Numbered from the stretch's first letter, positions 25,336 to 39,184 are shown. The stretch: DNA of 64,000 bases from Azolla caroliniana (GCA_043228905.1 JBHGNT010000003.1:19654001-19718000), one strand, 5' to 3'. Translations and numbers: made by a program. The notes: generated from the letters alone by a model not told the origin.

Positions 25336-26685
25336 TTAGAAAGGGCGAGGTGGTTTCTCCAAAATAGCAGAAAAGAACATCTCATTCTTCTCGAGCTTAT
25401 CAGTCTTACGCACCACCACCCACTTCAGCTTCTTGTAGTTTAGTTGCAAGAACATATAGAGATAGTCATTGAGGTCTTCTGAATTGCAAAAGAAGCGATC
25501 AATCCAAAGAAGACCCCCAGGATGAAGGACACGATCCCAATCAAAAATGATAAAATCAAGAAATTGTAAGTCGATCCATCCATCGAAGAGGAGATTGGTG
25601 TGAATGAGGTCGAGTGTGTTGTCAAAAAAAGGGAGGCGTTGGTTAAGAGAGATATAGAGAGGGATGAGGCCACGAAGAGCAATGAACTCATTAAATGGGG
25701 CACCAAGGTTGAGTGTGGAAGTAACAATGGTCACATTGTGTTCATACATGCGAGCTGCAAATGTACCTACACTAACACTATAATCGAGTCCAATGCGAAT
25801 TTCTCCAAGTGGCTTGAGAGCAAGGACATCAACGATGAGGAATTCAGGAGACTCCCCACTATAATCAAGATTAGAGTCATCTATAACCATCCAACGAGGG
25901 CTCTCATGGGATTCAAGGTCAAAGCATGAGGTACATTTTGAGAAACCCTTTTGTGTTGCATTGACAAGGCACTTGAAGCTTCGACAAGTGTACTTACTCC
26001 ACCGGATGTTTTGGTCATCAGGTATGTCCCAAAGAGAGTGAGGCAAGGGTGTGGGTCTTCGATAGTATTTGGGGCTAAGGGCTAGGCATCGTCGACGTGG
26101 CAAAGGGTCACAACCATGTACCATCAAACGTTGTCCGAGTGGCCAATCATCTTTGCACATGTCACCCACATCATAATCCATGTACTCTTCAAGCTCTACT
26201 TTCATAGACACACAAGCATGCCCAATAGCACCAAGTGTTGCATAAGCCCCCATAAAGTTCTTCCTCTTATGCCTATTCTGCTTGAGCTTAAGATACTTTT
26301 TAATCTCCTCTGTCTTAAAGAAGCTAACTAAGGGTTGGGATGAGTCCACATCATCGTTGTCATCATCATTATCGCCACTCTCTCCATCACCACCAATTCT
26401 AAAAGTGGGAACAAATTTAGTGACCAAGAAACTCTTCACTAAATCCAAGGCCATTATAGATTCAGAATAAATGATAGTATCTTTCTTCTCTAATTTTTCT
26501 TGGCCCATTCTATGGGTCATTTTAGATTGGATCTCCTCGATCTTTTCCACCATCACGAACACTTCATCGCTCACTTCATGCTTGGGTGTGAGACCACTCA
26601 ATTTGTATAGGCTCATTGCACTAATCACCACCACAATGGTGGTCACACCCATTAATATAACTAGATTCCTCTTAAGGTCCACCAT
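25336..26685 (-). CDS. SAM-dependent methyltransferase, DUF248/At1g29790-like, single exon, N-terminal membrane anchor, 449 aa
   Basis: Intact ORF with motifs GCDPLPRRRC, IRIGLD..GTFAARM, RLPFFDNTLDLIH, DWDRVLHPGGLLWIDRFFC and SAILEKP. Confidence 0.93.
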   Translation of the reverse strand: MVDLKRNLVILMGVTTIVVVISAMSLYKLSGLTPKHEVSDEVFVMVEKIEEIQSKMTHRMGQEKLEKKDTIIYSESIMALDLVKSFLVTKFVPTFRIGGDGESGDNDDDNDDVDSSQPLVSFFKTEEIKKYLKLKQNRHKRKNFMGAYATLGAIGHACVSMKVELEEYMDYDVGDMCKDDWPLGQRLMVHGCDPLPRRRCLALSPKYYRRPTPLPHSLWDIPDDQNIRWSKYTCRSFKCLVNATQKGFSKCTSCFDLESHESPRWMVIDDSNLDYSGESPEFLIVDVLALKPLGEIRIGLDYSVSVGTFAARMYEHNVTIVTSTLNLGAPFNEFIALRGLIPLYISLNQRLPFFDNTLDLIHTNLLFDGWIDLQFLDFIIFDWDRVLHPGGLLWIDRFFCNSEDLNDYLYMFLQLNYKKLKWVVVRKTDKLEKNEMFFSAILEKPPRPF

Positions 26686-28229
26686 TGGTTTTGCCTACTG
26701 AAACAATCTTAATTAAGTGTGATTTGGCATTGAAGAGATAATTATTGGAGTGATTAGAAGGGATCATAAGGACACTAGTTTTAGGTGAAAGAACAAAGAC
26801 AACTTTTGTGAAATCCTTTCATAGATCCAATAAACTCATCAACTGTGCTATTGAACGTGGCATGTCCCTTTATTACTATTCATAAATATTATTAGGAGAG
26901 AAGAATAAAGAAACACTATAAGTTAAAAAAAATGACTTTGTATGTATATAGGTATTTTTCCTTTATTATTATTGTAGCACTATATTGATTTGTAAAGTGT
27001 CGATGTTTTGAGATCTCGTGTCTTGTGCAATCCATCATGTGCTCAAAATGTTTATTGGCTTGTTGCTCACTATGCTTTTGCGCCAATGGTTAGCATAAAC
27101 GGCCAAACCAATCACACATGATTGTAGTTAAGAGGTAAATTTAGTTTTAAATGTCGGAGACCTTTCGAGAATGATAGGTAAAAGAAGAAAAAAACTCAAT
27201 GCAAGGATGAATGCACAAATTGAGAAATGGGAAAATAATATATAGTAACTTGACGCATTGAAAACGAGTTGTATGCGTCTACAGATATGAAGGGGGATAT
27301 GATTGTACACAATTGAGCGTGACAATGAATTAAACAATCTTTGATGAGTATCTAGGCCAAAGGCTTAGTTAATAGCCACACACTCCCACATTAAGGGCAT
27401 ACCAACATCTCTTGTCCATAAAGAAAAACAAACCTCAACACATGAAATATTTGGTGAATCATCTCAATATAATCACCGTGCTAGTGATTTCTTTTTTGTA
27501 ATCCCTTAATTTCCATTTGATTTTAACACTTTTCAATCCGTTGCACTAGAGTCAAAGGCATACATAAATGGTAAAAGATTATTCATCCTTTCATGTGCAT
27601 GTATGGGCTAGATATTTAATTCAAAAGTACCTAAATTTAGGCTCTTGGAAGATATAGATCATGTGCAATATGCATGTCTATATGTATATAAAATTTCATG
27701 GCCTTCTAGAATTTGTAACATGAGTTCTCAAAATTTTAAACGAATAATGGCAATATATTTGTGAAACATAGTTAATCATTTCAATGTGCAATTTACATTT
27801 GTTTTGTGCATGATCATGCCAATGTTTCTCATTGAAAAGTTTTAAGTGGTTTCATGTTATAAATACAGAATTTTGCCCTTTTTTCATGATTCACTCTATT
27901 TGGTATTTTTGGAATACCCAACCCATGAAAACCCAAAGAAGTAAGTAGGCCTATGATGCCATCCGTATCCAATGTAATTTGAATGCCAAATCCTTCGAAA
28001 TTTATCAATGAATGAGATTCATTAGATAGTCTAAAGTAGTAGAACGTATACTATGAAAGTTCACATATAATTATTCATCGATTACCACTCAAAAGTATTT
28101 AGGAATGCCATTTATGTTGTGTATGTTTCAATCAATGTTTGCAATGTCCCTAGTCCTTAGGCTTCATGTTAGGAGGAAGTGAATGTGATATGCTACAACT
28201 AGATTTTTCATTCTCAATTGGAGAATGAT

Positions 28230-29597
28230 GAGTGCACCTTTGGTACCTTATCTATTTTCGCACCCCCATTTTCTAATATCACTAGTAGTACATTCCATAT
28301 GGATATTTCCCATGCCCTAAGAACTTGTTTTGCACCTTTTTAGTGTTTAATGATGTGATTACAACAATTTGTATTGTGACACGTGCAAATGTAGTAAGAA
28401 TTACTATAAATAGCACTAAGTATAATTAATGTAATCAACACTAAGCATGAGATGTAGAATGGTTGCAATGGAAGGGTTTACAATGTAAGGTCCTCTTAAT
28501 GTCTAGATAAGTGATCATGGGTTTATCAATAGAACCCAATTACTTATAGCAATATGGACAATATAGAGATAATTATGATAGTTTGGCTCATACACAGGTC
28601 ATGGATGGATGGATCATGAGCCAACCTTGGAAGTAACATTTGAAGAAAGGTCACTATTGAGAAGCTCATTGTGGATGAAATAAGTTTGATTTATATATGT
28701 TGAATAAAATGTACAATCACATATTTGAAAGTAAACATAAGATGTAAAAAAGAAAATCATAAAAAAATCCTCCATTGATATTAAAAGAGTCCACGATTAC
28801 AATGAATATTGCATGAGAATGTGGTTGCATCAAGTTTTAGACCTGATTTTAGAATACATTTGGTTCAACATTGGACAACCATATATCCATTGGTTTATTC
28901 CAAACCCTTTTATCATTGCATTCCAAGATGCAATGTCCCTTGCAGGCTACACAACATTTTGCATATAAGTCGACCAAATTGCATCCAACAAAAATATCTT
29001 TTTCATATCCTTTCAGAAGGATTTCAATATGTATTTTTTACCTTCATTGAGAGCATAAATGCTACTACATACTTTTAAGACAACAACATATATGCCATAG
29101 TCCACATGTATCTTTTCTAAATACAATTTTTCGATACATTTTCCTACACGTGAGCTATATCCACAAACTAAGAGTCCAATAATTAGTGCATTCCATGAGA
29201 TGCCATCATGTTTAGACTTATAAAAAACCATGCATGCATCTAGAAGATACTTGCATTTGGTATACATGTCAACCAGCATACTAGCAATAAACCTATCATT
29301 CTCATATCCTGCCAATAAGATCTGGATATGTATCTTTTGTCCAATAATTGACTTCAAATTGCCACAAGCTCTCACTATACATGTCAATGTGATGACATCA
29401 GGAAATAAAGCATCTAATTGAATCTGTGTAAAACAATGTAGCACTTTGTTATCTGGCCCAAACTCGGCATATCCTAAAAGCAATGTGTTCCACAAGACTA
29501 GATCTTGATTTGGCAATGAATCAACAAATCTCGTGCCTCTTCTGAAATCTCCATGTGTAATTTTCGTCCTTTTGGCAAGGTTTTCAAGGTGATGCAA
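28230..29597 (-). pseudogene. Degenerate PLS-class pentatricopeptide repeat gene
   Basis: ORF 29013-29597 has PPR motifs (DLVLWNTLLLGYAE, PDVITLTCIVRACG, IASMLVDMYTKC, ISWNALI). The downstream continuation is broken; left boundary approximate. Confidence 0.75.
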
Positions 29598-30074
29598 GAT
29601 TTTAGGACGCTTGCATATATGACAGAATTTGGAGGAACATTGTCCACTATCATTTCATCCATAAATTTCATGTAGTTTTTCGTAAACTTGATCCATTTAG
29701 TTCTCTTATATCAAAGTTTTTTATTATACAACTAAGATATAGTAAACCTTATCGGAAATAAAATATAAATTACACATATATTAGAGAATTAGAAGTGTCA
29801 TGCCATGTATATACATGCTCTAAACAAGAAAAAGTGTATAAAGACCTCATATCAAAGAGGTGGAGATCATCATGTGAGAGATAAAATAGTGATATTGTAT
29901 TCAACAATTAATACAAACTAATTTATATCTATTCCACGTTAAGATCATCCTCTATATTATTTTTCTCTATCTATGTTAAAACCTTTCTATTCAAATATAA
30001 CTAACAATATTGAATGAGAAGACATTAATCCGCGTGCTTGCCAAAAAGACCATGTCCCAATTGTTTTACATGCA

Positions 30075-30395
30075 ATGAAAACACTACCTTTAAGGTTATT
30101 TTACTCACTTCGTGAGGTGGGGGCGGGACTCAACACCCACTTTTGGTCTTAAGGAGCACTTGAGTGTTGATCCAAGCAGAAGACATTGTTAGGTGGGGAG
30201 TTTGGTTGGGGTAGCAAATATGTTAAAAGATAATGCACGTGTCTTAAGATGAGCTCAAGGAGAACAAAATTTTCAATTCAAATACAAACTATGACAACAT
30301 GAATGATCTATCCTTTAGTCTTTCACAATTTGAAGCAAGAGGTGTTAGAATAGTTACCACAAGGATAACTAGCTTGTGGCAACCAAGAGAATCAT
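30075..30395 (+). rRNA. Degenerate 25S (LSU) rDNA fragment, pseudogene
   Basis: Matches conserved LSU tracts GAAGACATTGT.AGGTGGGGAGTTTGG.TGGGG, GTTAAAAGATAA.GCA.GTGTC.TAAGATGAGCTCAA and GAGGTGT.AGAA.AGTTACCACA.GGATAACT.GCTTGTGGCA.CCAAG, with an internal deletion near 30270. Confidence 0.9.
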
Positions 30396-31299
30396 GAAAA
30401 ACACCATAGGTTCCAAAGATTTTGCATATTTATTGGGATGCTCCTTCACTTAAGAGTGACAACTATATCCCTTCATTTGGTTCTAAGTAGGAAAATTTCC
30501 CAAGCTAACATTGCTCCTAATTAACAATTGATAGGATGATCAATCATTAATCGAGGGACAAAAGTAATTAATTCCTACCTCATTGATGAATTGGGAGTTG
30601 TATGGTAGTTAAAGCATTAGATGGCTAACTATGCTTAAGAAATTGTACGTTGGGCCTAATTAAATCCTAGGAGTATTTTTGTAACTTTTGTCAAAAATAA
30701 AGGGTATCCTAGTGAATATATCAAAGATATAGCCTTTGTTAAAGAATATGCAATGATTTAATTTTCATCAATGGCCCAAGTTTATGGCTTTATATGTAGA
30801 TAAAACAATAAAGTGCCCATAGAACATATGCTTTGGAAAGGCTTCTAAGAAATCAACGCATGTTGATGTCACATATTCATCGAGTATCAAAATCAACTAT
30901 CTTCTAAATTTCCAATAGTAAAAGGATTTTATTACAAATATGCGTGGAAAGTCAAAGAAAATGAATTGTAAATCATTGCACTTTGCAACTATTATCCATC
31001 CCCATGATACTCATTGCACTATTTGTTTTCGAAGATATAATATGATGATCCTCGAAAAATGATCCTCCTTTCATCATGAAAGGATAACATAGATGATCAA
31101 CCCATGACATGCTAACTTGGGTGAATTGCACAAGTAGGTACACAATTGACTATAAAATAAATTATCTTCATTTTCTAGGGCCTTTAAAATATATAAATTT
31201 TTTGTACGTGCATCATGGAAATCAATACATGAATAAACATTTCTTTATACTTAAATATCGAACTCATCATGTAAGATATTCGTCAAAAGTATTTGTAAT

Positions 31300-32700
31300 T
31301 AATTAGTTACCATGCATATATGTATGTTTGAAACATTTTTTGAGAAACACACTTATATGTAAGAGGACATACAATCATACCGTGAGAGTTTTTGCCACTC
31401 AAACCTAAGGGAAATTTCCATTGGCCCATGTATGTATAGGTTCGATTCACAACATGCGAACTAGATCCCATTCTCAAATATTGGACTCATTTTCGGTAGG
31501 CTTACACCTTCAGGCAAAAATAACCATGTTAGTACAACGTGGGATACCTTGCTTCACTATCCATTATTTATTTCGGAATAATACGCCTTGATGTGGATTA
31601 TTTTCTTGTAGCATTTCAATGGTCATCCCTTTAGGCATGTGTTTTGGCAGTTTGATGAGGGAGAATGACAATTGGTGCTAGCCACGTGGCATCTCTCACA
31701 AATTGGATGAAGCAAACTTGGAGCAACTTGTCAATTTCCTTTTGTAAAATCACCATGTAGTTCAAGCCATCCATAATGACATTGTTGAATTGTCCTTCGG
31801 CTAGAGTTTATGTCAATACCATAATTTGCGGTCTAATTAACACTGCATATTCTAGTAGGACCAAACAAATATATCCTTGCGATCATCCACCAAGTCGACC
31901 ATCTCCCAATGGAAAGGAGAAGGTAATACCTTTGCAAAATTGTCTAGTTGCAACATGCCATCTATGTCCAAATAATCTCCTCAAGCTAGATTTCATCCAA
32001 AACAGGGGCATATTAGTGGGATTAGTGAAGTAGAGATAGTGTGTGGCCTACAACATGGTTGACCAACACTAAGGGTTAGTGAAGTATGATCTTGAGTGTG
32101 TTGTTGCATTGCAACACTAAGACATGTTTCAAAGTAATGGATACCGAACCTTCCATGAGGGCTAGTGACATTGCATGGTTCGCCATTAAATCTTGTGAGG
32201 CCATGCTAACTAACCTCATTGTAGTAGACGATAAGCCGTTTTTGTCGTCTTTTAACTCCACATTTCTGCATTCTTCCATGGTGAAAACCAATTTCACCTT
32301 TTCATATTCTTGATGTTTACATTGGAAACTCGTTATTGATCTTGTGAATTGATTAACTCTTGCTATTTCAAAGCTTTGTTTGTGTGATTTTATTGTTGTG
32401 TGGTGACATGCACCAAGTCAACCATGCAAGCTCTGATTAAATTTTTAGAGTTGGCCTCATCCCCTTGTAATCAATTAGTTACTTGTTTTGGTTGGGGGGG
32501 CACTCGAATTGAGCAAGAGGTGAGGGTTGGATTTCTTATACCAAAGATGATGACAATGATGTTAGGAAGTATATGGCTACAAGCTTGCATTTTAGGGTTC
32601 GAGTCCATTGGTCAAGGAGTGGTTGCCAATCCCAACAATACGAATTATATACGTGCATGAAATGAATCTCATTGTAATCATAATCCTAGTCTAAGTCATG
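31300..32700 (-). mobile_element. Degenerate Ty3/gypsy pol remnant
   Basis: Minus strand near 31660-31720 reads FIQFVRDATWLAPIVIL, resembling the start of gypsy RT. Otherwise decayed; boundaries approximate. Confidence 0.45.
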
Positions 32701-32899
32701 GTAGGGACAATTTTCTTCTTACTATTGGTTTGCAATAAGAGACATGGTAGGAACAAACATATTTCACAATCATAATCATGGTGTAGGGCTCAATACTAGT
32801 GACATCCACTACTATCATAAATGTGGTATGGCACACAAGACTATGGTTTCCTATTTTATTTTTTCCAACAATGGTTTATATTATGTCTAAAGCTATTTA

Positions 32900-33700
32900 C
32901 ATGATACTTCAACATAGATGTTTACCTTTTCAACCGCTCTTAGACTGCCATTGACATACATAACCCCCAAAGCAGTTGTCAGTGGAGGAAATACACAGAG
33001 AGGTGGTTGATACCTTCAACGTATACAACCATTAACCATCCAGAATACATTCTTCCTTTCCCATCTCTTCTTAAAAACCTCTTGCTTTCGAAAGCCTACA
33101 TCTGAATCGCTTTGATAGCATCATATTCTCCTTTTAGTGTATGCACCAAGGTCAACCAAATCTCCTTGACTACATCCACAACATTCCATTGAATTTGTTG
33201 AAATATCCTTCGACATCTACTAGTCCACAAACCCCATAAGGTTATGGAACTAATCGCCTCCCAAAGCACCCCATTTTGTACTGAATTAATAGGCATACAT
33301 GGCAACACTTCGTCAACATATCGAACTCTTGTATATAATGGAAAGTTAACCTTTTCTTTTCCATAATCTTGTACAATTTCCTATTTTATTTTATTTGTTG
33401 TCGTTGTCATAGTTAATCCCCCATTCTAATTGTGACTTCCTCCTAGGTGGTCATACTAGATAATGACTAGTTACTAGTTCCAGAAGGAGGATATTGGCCA
33501 TAGTTTTGGCCAATAATTTACACTTGCGACACTCAACCATTGCATTTAGGAATGACAAAGAATGCATTAAATTTGTAACATATAGTAACTTGGTGGTAGA
33601 GTGATCAATGTTGAGACATTATGCATTGAATTGATTGGAAAATATGGAGATCTTGATCAATGAGACATGTTTGGTTTATCATATTCATGGTAAAATATGA
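32900..33700 (-). mobile_element. L1-like LINE 3' remnant
   Basis: WEAISSITLWGLWTSRCRRIF...LVHTLKGEYD is homologous to the LINE end at 24660-24830. Confidence 0.7.
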
Positions 33701-33913
33701 ATCATCTACATTTGGTTCATGTCGAGGACATGCCCCATCAATGCTTGATGGTTTTGTTTGAGACGCCAAGAAGAGTAGTTTGTAGGGGATTCCACAACAC
33801 CAATAGAATGTGCTTTTAAGGAAGACCTTAAAAACAAGTGGGCAACATATGAGGAGTCAATGAAAGTAGATGGCAAAGGCATTGATCCCTTGTTGACTTG
33901 ATAAATTTGTATT

Positions 33914-35582
33914 TGTAAAACGATTACGTATGCGGAAGCGTTATATGCGAACACTGCCGGCTCGACCAGACAACAGAAAACAGACAGTTATGTAAACACA
34001 AATTAGGAGAGAGAGAGAGAGAGAGAAGGAGAGAGCAGACACAAAAAACTTTCTATTACAAGAATAACACAATACTCAGTACATACAATGTGCTCATAGA
34101 GCACTTTTTTATACAAGCCCTGACGAGTGGGATGACACAAGTACTATATATACTTTAATGCTCATGAATGAGCCTGACACTGATTAGCCTATAATAGGCC
34201 TATTTACTAAAATAGGCATCTAGGCTATCTAATGACTTGTTGGATTCCATCCGACTCAACCAACCGATTTGGCATACCAACTTATTCGGCCTACCAGCCG
34301 ATTCGGCTTTCAGCTTATTTGATCAATTCGGACCTAGTCAATCGGCCTTCATCTGATCCAGCTCTCGGCTTCTTCATCCGATTCGGCCCATGTTGAGCTT
34401 GTCACTCAACACTCCCCCTCAAGCTCAACTTGAGGTCCTGATGTGTCAGCTCCAACCGGTTCTAACCTCTAGCTTCTCCTGGCATCTTCACGCCTTGCTC
34501 GCGCTCCTCGTCCAGTCCGGTCCCGTGTCCCACGACCCTTCTGGTCCAATGCTTCTTGACCTGTCCAGTTCCGCGCACCTCGACCCCTACGATCGGCATG
34601 TATGCTCTGCAGGCCCTTATCAGCTCCCTTGTTGTTGCGGTATTGGCGTCCCTCGACCCATCGACTTCTCCATATCGACATCGGCTTCGGTTGTCTCCTT
34701 GTTTGCTTGGCCCTCATGTGATTCACCTCTTCCAAATCACTCTTCTCTACTGGATCATCTGTCTCCAATCTGTTACCACTCCCGGCTGAGTTGGTTGTTT
34801 CCAATTCGTCCACTTCCAGGGGACTGCAACTCGAAGAAGAACGACATATTCTCTCTTACGCAGACCACCATTCGGAATGATCTGAATCTAAACGCTAGCC
34901 CTCTGAGGCAGACCTGCGCCATTTCGTCCTCCTCGATGGTCATGTTGATGGAGGCGAGGGAGTCGTAGATCTCCTTGATCTGGGCAGTGTAGTCGACCAC
35001 ATACAAATCTTTCTACCGGACATTGCTGAGTTCATGTCTGAGCTGCAACTTCCTAGCCATTGTGCTCGTAGCGAAAATCCGTTTGAGATTCGCCTACGCA
35101 TCTTCTAGCATCTTGGCATCCCAGACATAACTCAATAATTGGTCGCTCGCTACCTGTTCCCAAGCAGTATAGGACTCTGCTCACAAGATCCAAAGCAATA
35201 CATGACTCTGCTCGCTACTTGTTCCCAAGCCGAAAAACCTTTGTGTGTCGACTCTGGTGCTGCATCATTTGCTCCTTCGATGTAACTCTAGTACCTGTGT
35301 CCAAGCAAGTATTGGTGCATCTCGTACGACCAAGATGCGTAGTTGCTCCTATCAAGTTTTTATGTCGGAAGTGAGCTTCCCATGCCTCTGTCCATGTTCT
35401 TGTCTTTTCTTCTCCGGAAGACGAAGGCTCGTCTCTATGCTTGTTCGTCGTCGGTTGCAAAGGATTCTTCTAACCCTCACGCTCTGATACCATGTAAAAT
35501 GGTTACGTATGCGGAAGCGTTATGTGCGAACACAACCAGCTCGGCCGGACAACAGAAAACAAACAGTTAGGTAAACACAGAT

Positions 35583-35633
<51 letters not shown>

Positions 35634-36613
35634 AAATGAGCAGACACAAAAAATCTTCTATTACAAGAATAATGTAGTACTCAGTACATACAATGTGCTC
35701 ATAGAGCATTTTTTTATACAAGCCTTGATGAGTGGGCTGACACAAGTACTATCAATACTTTAATGCTCATGAATGAGCCTATAATAGGTCTATTTACTAA
35801 AATAGGCATCTAGGCTATCTAACGACCTGTGGGATTCCTGTTAGAAATATTGAGAATCGATTAGATAGGTATATAGAGTTACAACCACAATGATGGATAT
35901 ATGAAAACAAAACTTCTATTACATATGAGAGTAGCTCACAATGGTAGTTCACCCATGCGCTCACACATTAGAGCTTAGATGGGATCTGGACCAACTCACT
36001 ACAAAGATTAGTGGGGACTGATGATCAATCCAACCATTGTGTAAGAAAGTGGATTATATTCTATTTTTGGTCTGACTATAACATTAAATGTGCAAGTCAG
36101 TTGATAGTAGTGGAGATATTCCTTTTCTGTCAACTGACTTGTCATTTAATATGACCCAACTCCCTAGATACAGGCTAGTGCTAGATAGTACTTATCTTGA
36201 AGTCAATGGCACATACTTCAAGACTTAAGTACATCGTAACTTGCCCACAAAATATTCTAGTTGACTTGATTAGCCAATCCTATTACCTATTTCACTCTTT
36301 CCTAAATCCATTGTGTCCTACGCATCTACGATTTCCTAGATTAACACCTTATCAACCCATATGGTCGAGTTGCACACTAGCCGCTCCTCATTTGGGGTGC
36401 TATCACGAAATGTGCACTCTAAGAGCACATATGGGGATAGATTTACAACTTGGGGCTGATCATTGATCATATTTAACAATTCCATCCGACTCGACCAACC
36501 AATTCGACTTTCGTCTAATTCAGCTAATTCGGACCTAGTCGAATCGGCCTTCGTCTAATCTGGCTCTCGGCTTCTTCACCTGATTCGGCTCATGTTGAGC
36601 TTGTCACTCAACA
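33914..36613 (-). mobile_element. Non-autonomous, internally deleted copia derivative
   Basis: LTRs 33914-34411 and 35493-36613 (the latter interrupted). PBS gctctgatacca 35481-35492; PPT from 34412; TSD gtatt/ctatt (4/5). The 1.1-kb interior is the gag N-terminus joined near 34820 to the post-RNase H tail region. Confidence 0.88.
35839..36478. mobile_element. Solo LTR nested in an LTR
   Basis: TGTTAGA...TTTAACA ends; exact TSD ATTCC at 35834-35838 and 36479-36483. Confidence 0.88.
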
Positions 36614-37530
36614 CTATTAAACTACCTGGGGTTTCCTTGAGGGAAGAATCCATAGGAAGTCTTTCAGGACCATGGGCAATGGCTAGGTTGGAGCTTGTTG
36701 TGCCATGTGGTTGCTTGGTTGCTCAGTGATACGCTAAACTCAACTATTTAGGTTGAGTAATTGACAACCAAGCCCCATTCAAATAGATGGCTTACTTACC
36801 TTGTGATGTATTCCCTAGCACCATCCCTTATCCCAATACTTACCATTGGAGTAATACATGGTTTATTTCCAAATGGATTAATTGAGGAACTATAATTTGG
36901 ATAACTTGCAATGACATTGGAATGGGTTAATGAAGCTTGCATGTACGACACAATGGATTTGGAGTCCATCTACTACAAATGACATCAAATGTGCTCACAA
37001 TGTTGTTAGTTCTCTTGTTATTTGGCACAATGACCTAGTTGAAGTTGAACAATGGGTTAGAGGTGTTAGAAGAGGATCACAAAAGATGTTGATCCCCAAA
37101 TTGTATGTTCAAAATCACCCAATGGTTCTCATTAATAAAGTAGTTGTGGTTGCTATTGTGGCTATGGGCATGTGTGATGATTGTTGTAGACAGTTGAAGT
37201 GGATCCTATGGTTGGACGACACCAGCTATACAATTTTGTTACATGGTTAGTGGTATCTCGTTTGTTATAAGAGAGGTCTTTGACTTCGATACTGACCTTG
37301 TGGAAACAACTTTGAGGGAGTGAGAATGTAAATTGAATCATCTTAAACTCAAGTGCTATGTTTAGCATGACAAGTCACCTCAATAATGTTGTAGTCCCAA
37401 ATTCCCATAAACATAGAAGACAACTTAATACTCACGCATTCAAGTACTTAATTAGTGCTTATCTATGTGGAGAATGTTGGTATGGTAAATGAATGAACAA
37501 TGTTGCCTTGGTGTTAAAAGAAAACCTCTC

Positions 37531-38750
37531 TTTTTTTTTGAAAGATTTTCTTCAATAGCATTACAAAACATCTGAAGACTACATTTTGAAGTTATCTGCC
37601 TAGAGGCTTACAATGTAGAATAAAAGACATTGTATGTACACCAAAACTTCTACATACAAAAACAACTTATAAAGAAGTGTTGAAACTTGATCTTGTACAT
37701 TGCCATGGTGTACTGATATTCAAGAATGGGTCCATGGAAGTTGATAATTCCATTGAGGCCCTTGGTGTGACACTACAAAGAGGGGCAACTTTCTCCATAA
37801 GTGAAGAAGCTTCTTCCTTCTCTTATGAACATTTTCTGGAGAACCATGCATATTATCATACTGCCCACGGACAACTAACATCATTTCTCGCATATCTCGA
37901 GCAATACATCTGAAGGACCAAGATTTGTTGCATCATAAAGTCGACTACATCTACATTCCATAATACCCATAACATTACCATAGTCATTGTTTTCCAAACA
38001 TGGACGGATCGCACCTACTTTTGAGGTTGCTGAAATGGACTAACTAATAACAGTCTTCTAGTGTGTACCAGCATGGCCTCGTGAACATCGTCTTCATCAT
38101 ACAACATCAAGCCGAAATGTAAAACTCCCCACACCACCGCTCCCATGAGAACAAGCAACCAACATTGATCGATAAGAATAAAGAAAGAACTTTATTCCAT
38201 ACTTGCTGAGCCATGGGACAAGACCAGAGGGCATGCTTGGTAGTCTCTTGATTGCATAGCAAAAACCACATTGCATGAGATTAGGTGCTACATTCCCTTT
38301 CAATGATTGGCCAATTGGTAATGTCGCGTGCACTAATTGCCATCTAAAGAGAATTTAAATTTAGTGGGCCCCTTGAAAGACCAAATCCATCTCTAATAGG
38401 TTTTCACCTGCAAAGTTGAAACACCCCAGTTAGTCCAATTTTTTGAGTTGTTGGTGCCATTACATTCCGAGACATCAGTAATGACCTTCCAAGTTTCACT
38501 TAATACTAAAAGAAGGGAACCTTTAAAAGGAAACTTCATGCACATGTGCATGTATTCTAACACCATGTTAGGCTTGTATTTTATTCCCTTTTAAGATGGG
38601 GACTAATGCCGCAACCATTTTAGGATTCAAGCCTTGTAGCATCACCTCTAACTTCTAATCATGGTTTAACGGTAGGGGTTACCTACTTTCTTATATGGTC
38701 AATGATCTATTATTGGTGGAAGGCACAACTACATGGAAATGCTACAATAT
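37531..38750 (-). mobile_element. L1-like LINE 3' remnant
   Basis: T-run 37531-37539 (polyA on the minus strand) and an LWVLW..CSRL-like tract ~37940-37975; decayed. Confidence 0.55.
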
Positions 38751-39175
38751 TCTAAGGTAATGCAATGTTGATAACAATTTGATATACAATATAGAAATGT
38801 ATGCAATCCCATAAACCTTGTAACCTAGAATTAAGGGATGAAGTTTTGAAGGCGACGTGCATCATGGACAAGAATTAATTCGTTTTTCTGCAGAACAAAT
38901 ATTGCACATGTATATTATTGAGTTTAATTATGAAAAAGTAGAAAAACTTTATTCGATGAATTATTGGTCTTGAAACAAACTTTGGTCAAGGTTTAAGAGA
39001 ATTTTTAGGTGAGCGTTCGCAGGAATTAAAATCATTAGTGGCAATATAAGGTTTGAAATTTCAGACACTTAATATGCTCATGTGCACTATAGTATTTGTA
39101 GTGGGACAGGGCACCCCTAAAGGATTAAAAATCTAATCAAAATAATTTATCCTTTCTAGTTCCTTGTTGCTACTA

Positions 39176-39184
39176 CTATATATA
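39176..39184 (+). promoter_or_regulatory. Putative TATA box of the small basic-protein gene
   Basis: ctatatata tract ~270 bp upstream of ATG 39445 and upstream of the candidate 5'UTR intron donors. Confidence 0.4.
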
